Positions 27,355-32,000 of a stretch of DNA of 32,000 bases are shown in pieces. This DNA comes from Pirellula staleyi DSM 6068. GTDB taxonomy: Bacteria; Planctomycetota; Planctomycetia; Pirellulales; Pirellulaceae. The notes beneath the pieces are model-generated. The model ran no database searches. It saw nothing but the letters and a program-made list of their open reading frames with translations, and was not told the DNA's origin. The DNA is taken from contig CP001848.1 in assembly GCA_000025185.1 (NCBI GenBank), positions 5,340,001 through 5,372,000 of the forward strand, written 5' to 3'. Every line of letters begins with the position of its first letter. The stretch's first letter is position 1. Made by a program: the position numbers and the translations under genes.

Positions 27355-27936
27355 ATGGGCATGGGCGAGGGAGATTCGATCCACGATCGACGACGAGCAC
27401 TCGAGGAAGCTTTCTTTTCGAAACGCGACCAGGAATTGCTCGAGAAGATGCGCAAAAAGATGTCGGCTGAAGAGACCGAAAAAGTGCTCAGCGTCGCCAT
27501 TGGCATCGCCGACACCACCTGCGTGCACGCCATCACCAGGGTGGAAGCTGGGGTGCAGGTCCTCACGGTACTGGCTCTTCTGCCACTTGTGGAAGTCGCC
27601 TGGAGCGACGGCGATGTCTCAGCTCAAGAGAAGACCGCGATCCTGAAAGCGGCGACCGAGATGGGCATCGCTCCTGACTCGACCACCCATCAGTGCCTGA
27701 CGAGCTGGCTCGAATCGCGCCCCACTCAGGAAGCTGTCGCTGCTTGGGACAAATATGTTCGCGCCATTTGCGCCACGCTGGAGCCCGCCACCATCGCCAC
27801 GCTCAAGAGCGGCACCATCGGCCGCGCCGAAAAAGTGGCCGCAGCTGCCGGCGGCTTCCTCGGACTAGGAAGCAAAATCTCGACCGCTGAACGGGAATGC
27901 CTCGACCGCCTTGCCACCGCCTTCAGCGCCAGCTAA
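27355..27936 (+). CDS. TerB-like (tellurite-resistance TerB fold) domain protein, hypothetical
   Basis: 193 aa. AGGAG lies 9 nt upstream of the ATG. LPLVEVAWSDGDVSAQEKTAILKAATEMGI resembles the TerB/DjlA-N 'A.ADG.v...E' helix pair. The N-terminal charged helix is DRRRALEEAFFSKRDQELLEKMRKK. The family call rests on motif only. Confidence 0.55.
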   Translation: MGMGEGDSIHDRRRALEEAFFSKRDQELLEKMRKKMSAEETEKVLSVAIGIADTTCVHAITRVEAGVQVLTVLALLPLVEVAWSDGDVSAQEKTAILKAATEMGIAPDSTTHQCLTSWLESRPTQEAVAAWDKYVRAICATLEPATIATLKSGTIGRAEKVAAAAGGFLGLGSKISTAERECLDRLATAFSAS

Positions 27937-27959
27937 CCGAGGCGAGCAGTTCACCCCAC

Positions 27960-27990
27960 CCGAGCAGCTGAATTCTTTTCAGCTGCTCGG
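27960..27990 (+). terminator. Perfect 13-bp hairpin downstream of the TerB-like gene (terminator-like, no U-tract)
   Basis: CCGAGCAGCTGAA - TTCTT - TTCAGCTGCTCGG. It starts 24 nt after the stop codon. Confidence 0.4.
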
Positions 27991-28005
27991 CCAAACAACC
28001 TACGA

Positions 28006-28048
28006 GCCTGTATTTCGAGCCTCAAACGCTTGCAATACAGGCTTTTTT
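28006..28048 (+). terminator. Rho-independent terminator
   Basis: Stem GCCTGTATT / AATACAGGC (9 bp) plus an inner 5-bp stem (CGAGC/GCTTG, with one G-U pair) and a 7-nt loop, followed by T6 (28043-28048). Confidence 0.7.
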
Positions 28049-28126
28049 GCTTTCAGCCTGCTGCTCGGTTTTACTGCTCTTCTTCAGCTGCTCTTCTATA
28101 GCTGCTTCGGCATGCTCCGACTTTTG

Positions 28127-28165
28127 CTAGACCCTAGTCTCTAGACTCTAGATCCTAGTTCCTAG
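28127..28165. repeat. Six CTAG palindromes at exact 7-bp phasing (CTAGNNN x6)
   Basis: CTAG starts at 28127, 28134, 28141, 28148, 28155 and 28162. The units are ctagacc ctagtct ctagact ctagatc ctagttc ctag. The array includes two TCTAGA sites. Confidence 0.95.
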
Positions 28166-28179
28166 CCATTGGCATTCCC

Positions 28180-28249
28180 TCGCCTCTCGCCTCTCGCCTC
28201 TCGCCTCTCGCCTCTGGTCCCTGGTCCCTGCCCCCTGACCTCTGGCCGC
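28180..28249. repeat. 7-bp periodic pyrimidine-rich array: TCGCCTC x5, then TGGTCCC x2, TGCCCCC, TGACCTC, TGGCCGC
   Basis: Counted directly from the sequence: ten heptads. The array ends exactly at the TAA stop (28252..28250) of the giant minus-strand gene. On that mRNA strand it reads ...(GAGGCGA)x5. Confidence 0.95.
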
Positions 28250-31200
28250 TTAGAGGCTGGTGTCTTGCGAGTTATTGAAGTCGCCGCGGATGTCGCTGGT
28301 GAGGGGGTCGGCATTGGTGTGGGTGCCGAAGAGGTCGTTGCCGCTGCCGCCGTAGAGGGTGTCGCGGTCGAAGTCGTCGGTGTGCGTGAGATTCGCGGCG
28401 ACAGGGCCGCCGCTGTTCCAGGCCACCAGCAGCGCGAGCATCGCGGCGTCGACCGCGCTGTTGTACGTGTTGCTCGTCGCCGTGTCGCTCGTCCCTTGGT
28501 AGGTGGTGATCGCCGCGAGCACCAGGTCGTTGCCGTTGCCGCCGTCGACCAGATCAACGCCGTCGCCGCCGATCAGCACATCGTTGCCATCACGGCCGTA
28601 CAGCCGATCGTCGCCGTCGCCGCCGCTCAGGAAGTCGTCGCCGACATCGCCACTGATCGTGTCGTTCCCTTGAGCGCCGTAGATCCGGTCGTTGCCACTG
28701 CTGCCCGAGAGCTGATCGTTGCCGTAGCCGCCGTGGATCCAGTCGTCACCCGCACCTGGCGAGACACTATCGTTGCCACCACCGGCGTAGAAGATGTCGT
28801 TGCCGCCGAGCGCGCTCAGCGTATCGTTGCCACCGATGTTGAGCTCGTGCGGATTCAGCTCGTCGCTCGTCGGTGCATCATCACCCCAGACGATGTTGTT
28901 GCCGCTGCTGGCGTTGATGCGGTCGTTACCGAGGCCACCGACCAAGAGATCATTATTGAAGCTGCCGGTGAGGAAGTCATCCCCTGCTTCACCGTAGAAT
29001 TCCGCGGGAATCTGCAGGTTCGATTGGTTGATGATGTCGTTGCCGCCGCGGCCGTAGACGAGCGTCTTGCCCGGGACGTTGTGGTACGTGTAGCTCGAGC
29101 CGATCTGCACGCGGGTCCGATTGGGCTCGAGTGTGGTGTTGGCGCGAGCGAACTGAATCGTGTCATTGCCATTGGTGCCGCGGATGTAGATGTCATTGAT
29201 CGTGGCGCTCGTCATCTCGCCATCGTCGGCCAAGTTGAGATCTTCGATCGTGGTGAAGGTGACGGTCGCGTGCGTCGAGCTGAGGACTTGTCCGCTGCTC
29301 ACCAGCACGGGGCTTGTCGCGGCGAGTCCGCCACCGAGCGCCGAGACATCGATGTTCAGCACATCGCCTGGGAGCACCGTGGGATCGTTGCCGTTGATGA
29401 AGAAGGGGGTTGTGAGGCTCGGGCGAATCATGTCGTCGACGCCGTCGAGTTCACTGGCGCTCAGCAGATAGCCGGGCGCGGTGCTCGATGGTGTGCCGCC
29501 GAACGTGTCGTCGCCAAGACCACCGTTGAGGGTGAGTCGCGCGAGCAGGTCGGCTGCGTTGACGTAGAACTGATCGCTGTCTCCGGCACCGGTGACGACC
29601 GCCGTATCAAGGTCATTCGCCGCTTCGGTCATGTTGACGCGGATCGTATCGGCGCCGCCCGAAGTCGTCACATCGAGATCGTCGATGCTGGTGAACGTGA
29701 TGTCGATTCCCGACGCGATCGTGAGCCCTTCGATCGTGGTGCGCGTGATGACGACGGAGTCAGCCGATGGGCTGCCGCTGTCGTCGACAATCAGCGCGTC
29801 GTCGTCACCGGCAACACCATTGAACGACAAGGTCGAGGCGATGTTCGATGCGGAATTCCCGCTGTCAAACACCTGGAACGTGTCGACGCCGATGTCGCCC
29901 GTCACCGTCACTGGCACGCCACTCTTGATCGCGTGGATCCGAACCGTGTGAGCGCTGTTGTCGGTCGCTGCGAGCGACGAACCAGCCACAATATCGATGC
30001 TCGTGAGGCTCGATGTGCTGTCGATATTGATGAGGTCAATCGCTTCGTTGCCGCCACCCGCGATGAGGTCGAGCGCGAGGAAGCCTTCGAACGTGGTCGT
30101 CGCGACGAGACCCGTATCGGCCGTGATCTCGGTCACACCGTCACCGAGTAGTGCATCGTCGCTGATCTCGATATCGGCAGTGCTGGTGCTGCTCGAAGCA
30201 TCGACCACTAGGTTGCCACCAGCGCCGTCGAGGATGAGCGTGTCGAGATCGGCGAAGCTGACGAGCGTCAGCGGCGCGCCACTCGGACCGACACCGACGT
30301 TGCCACTCCCTTGACCATCGAGGACGTCGCTGAAGTAGCCGACATCAGCCGCTGTAAGGAGCTCGAGCGCGAGGCTGTTATCGCCGAGTCCGCCATCGAA
30401 GTGGATCGTCACATCGGTCAGATTGCTCGCGGTGTAGTAAGCATCGGCGGCTGTATTCAAGTGCGCGCCATTGCTCACGCCACCCGACGCGAGGCTGTTG
30501 TCGACCAGCGGCGCAGCGCCGTCGAAGCTCGGGAGTCCCGCTGCTGTTTCGCGGATCGTCAGCGACTCACTATCATCGCTGCCGATCACCGTGAAGCTGT
30601 TGATCGTATCGGCCTGGCCACTGAACTTGCCGAGGCCGTTGACCTCGACTTCGAACACGTTCGGTGCACTCAGGAAGATCTCGATCGCGTCGGCCGCGCC
30701 GTTCTGGAAACCGGCGATTCGCATGTCGAGCACGAGGTTGTAGACCGACGTCAGCGGCGTCGTTTGCACCGTTTCAATCGAGGTGTAAGCAACCCCTGCC
30801 GCCGACGTGCCGAACGACCAAACGCCGCTGTAGTCGACAGCGCCGAGCGTCAATGTCGGTACACCGAGCCCCGTAATATCGAGCACTAAAACGTCGCCCG
30901 CTGGCATCGTCGGATCGCCACCAAAAATGCTGATCGGCGTGCTCGCGAGACCATTGTCTTGATCGGGCCGGACGTTGAACGTATCGATCTCCGCGCCGCC
31001 GGTGAACGTCGCGCTCACCGCATCGATATCCCCTGCAAAGCTCAGCACCGCGCCACCCCCATCCGCACTCGCCGCATCAATCGTCACGCTGACGGTGGTT
31101 CCAGCGGCGAGCCGGCTTCCCGCTTCGAGCGTGGCGTTATCACCGGCGTTAATCGTGATCGAGGTCCCAGCGCTGATCGTGGCGAGGGTCGACCCTTCGA

Positions 31201-32000
31201 GCAAAAAGTTTTGCGAGGCTGCCGAGTCGGTCGTGGTGAGCAGCACCGACGATGCGCCGCCACTAGCGGTCAAGTTGGCGTTGATCGTCATGTCGCCACC
31301 AGCGGTCGCCGTCAGGTTCCCGACCGATGTGATCGTGCTGTTGGCGGTAAAACTCCCCGCCGAACTTCCCGTAAACAGACCCGCCGAACTAATCGCCGCA
31401 CTACTTAAAAACGTCCCACCGCTGCTGAGCGTGACGTTGCCGCCACCCGACGACAGAATCCCTTCGGTCACCGACATGTTGCCTGTGGAGGTGATGTTCA
31501 CGCCTCCACTGGTGGTTGTGCGGGCGCCGACGGTGCCGCCACTTGCGCCACCGATTGTCAGGTCGCCAGTGTTGGTGACGAGGATGCCGCCAGTGCTGCT
31601 GCGTGCTTCGAGGTTGTTCACCTGAGTCTCGAGTGCTCCGCTCCCGCCGACACCGATGCCGCTGCTCGCCACAATTTCGAGCTGATCGCCGAGGATGTCG
31701 AGCGTCGTATCAGCCGCGTTGTCGTGGATCGCTCCCGTTGATTCGAGGCGGATATCTCCGAGTCCAGCGTTGATCACGCCGATGGGAAAATTGTCCGTGT
31801 TATCGAGGAGGCTGATGTGATCGCTGACACCACCTGCCGTCGTTGCATCGACCCGAGCTCCAGCGATGGCCGAGGGGGCATTGATGCGAAACGGTGTCGC
31901 CAGGGTTCCAATCGTGCTGCCGCTGCCGGTCACTTCAAGGACGATGATGGTGCCGCCGATATCGCGATCGGTTCCACCATCTCCCACAATGCTGCCGTTG
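28250..32000 (-). CDS. Giant secreted/surface protein, 5'-truncated by the window edge: Gly/Thr/Ser-rich beta-helix-like repeats plus a C-terminal RTX (hemolysin-type Ca2+-binding) nonapeptide block
   Basis: The frame stays open to base 32000 (NGSIVGDGGTDRD...), and the ORF-track 'M' at 31987 is a GTG. About 18 GGxGxD-type repeats occupy roughly 28523-29056 (GGNDIFYAGGGNDSVSPGAGDDWIHGGYGNDQLSGSSGNDRIYGAQGNDTISG...). An internal motif is duplicated (IFGGDPTMPAGDVLVLDI / INGNDPTVLPGDVLNIDV). Confidence 0.9.
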   Translation of the reverse strand, partial: NGSIVGDGGTDRDIGGTIIVLEVTGSGSTIGTLATPFRINAPSAIAGARVDATTAGGVSDHISLLDNTDNFPIGVINAGLGDIRLESTGAIHDNAADTTLDILGDQLEIVASSGIGVGGSGALETQVNNLEARSSTGGILVTNTGDLTIGGASGGTVGARTTTSGGVNITSTGNMSVTEGILSSGGGNVTLSSGGTFLSSAAISSAGLFTGSSAGSFTANSTITSVGNLTATAGGDMTINANLTASGGASSVLLTTTDSAASQNFLLEGSTLATISAGTSITINAGDNATLEAGSRLAAGTTVSVTIDAASADGGGAVLSFAGDIDAVSATFTGGAEIDTFNVRPDQDNGLASTPISIFGGDPTMPAGDVLVLDITGLGVPTLTLGAVDYSGVWSFGTSAAGVAYTSIETVQTTPLTSVYNLVLDMRIAGFQNGAADAIEIFLSAPNVFEVEVNGLGKFSGQADTINSFTVIGSDDSESLTIRETAAGLPSFDGAAPLVDNSLASGGVSNGAHLNTAADAYYTASNLTDVTIHFDGGLGDNSLALELLTAADVGYFSDVLDGQGSGNVGVGPSGAPLTLVSFADLDTLILDGAGGNLVVDASSSTSTADIEISDDALLGDGVTEITADTGLVATTTFEGFLALDLIAGGGNEAIDLINIDSTSSLTSIDIVAGSSLAATDNSAHTVRIHAIKSGVPVTVTGDIGVDTFQVFDSGNSASNIASTLSFNGVAGDDDALIVDDSGSPSADSVVITRTTIEGLTIASGIDITFTSIDDLDVTTSGGADTIRVNMTEAANDLDTAVVTGAGDSDQFYVNAADLLARLTLNGGLGDDTFGGTPSSTAPGYLLSASELDGVDDMIRPSLTTPFFINGNDPTVLPGDVLNIDVSALGGGLAATSPVLVSSGQVLSSTHATVTFTTIEDLNLADDGEMTSATINDIYIRGTNGNDTIQFARANTTLEPNRTRVQIGSSYTYHNVPGKTLVYGRGGNDIINQSNLQIPAEFYGEAGDDFLTGSFNNDLLVGGLGNDRINASSGNNIVWGDDAPTSDELNPHELNIGGNDTLSALGGNDIFYAGGGNDSVSPGAGDDWIHGGYGNDQLSGSSGNDRIYGAQGNDTISGDVGDDFLSGGDGDDRLYGRDGNDVLIGGDGVDLVDGGNGNDLVLAAITTYQGTSDTATSNTYNSAVDAAMLALLVAWNSGGPVAANLTHTDDFDRDTLYGGSGNDLFGTHTNADPLTSDIRGDFNNSQDTSL

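Noticed and set aside
28215-28249. Possible G-quadruplex on the minus strand (GGGGGCAGGGACCAGGG).
   Set aside because: There are only three closely spaced runs of G3 or longer, and the fourth GGG is about 35 nt away. It does not meet the canonical four-tract pattern.
28169-30151. A 660-aa plus-strand ORF antisense to the giant RTX gene.
   Set aside because: It is in the same codon register as the real minus-strand gene. Its translation is monotonous V/A/R/D-rich sequence mirroring the G/D/T/A-rich sense repeats, and its 5' end is the heptad repeat array. Shadow ORF.

Overview
No tools were used. All calls come from reading the sequence and the ORF track, and family names rest on motifs recognised by eye.

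The window looks like a chromosomal segment of a moderately GC-rich bacterium. The gene content suggests Planctomycetota, but that is inference only. The evidence is tandem secreted sulfatases, a giant RTX-type surface protein, an RND pair with no outer-membrane factor, and a MoxR-DUF58-transglutaminase operon.

Layout from left to right:
- the 3' end of a receiver-Hpt phosphorelay gene (+)
- a complete minus-strand kdp locus: two 30-codon peptides missing from the ORF track (one is kdpF), then kdpA, kdpB, kdpC, kdpD and kdpE
- a small membrane protein
- three tandem CxPxR sulfatases, all in the same reading frame
- a MoaD/ThiS-like protein ending in Gly-Gly, next to a cytoplasmic propeller with six Asp-boxes
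- an RND adaptor plus pump
- a CDA-family deaminase
- a perfect 16-bp tandem repeat
- a translationally coupled MoxR / DUF58 / transglutaminase-like operon, with a divergent TerB-like gene
- two terminator hairpins and two 7-bp periodic arrays
- the 3' 3.7 kb of a giant beta-helix / RTX protein that runs off the right edge

I recognised no rRNA, tRNA, CRISPR array, transposase, integrase or phage gene.

I cannot demonstrate a clearly novel multi-gene system. The best candidates for a second look are:
- the orphan ubiquitin-like GG protein paired with the BNR propeller
- the extra transmembrane peptide ahead of kdpF
- the MoxR/DUF58/TGase + TerB neighbourhood
- the three unusually exact short-period repeat arrays that sit between convergent genes

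Several very long ORFs in the track (1649, 660 and 383 aa) are codon-register antisense shadows and are rejected.
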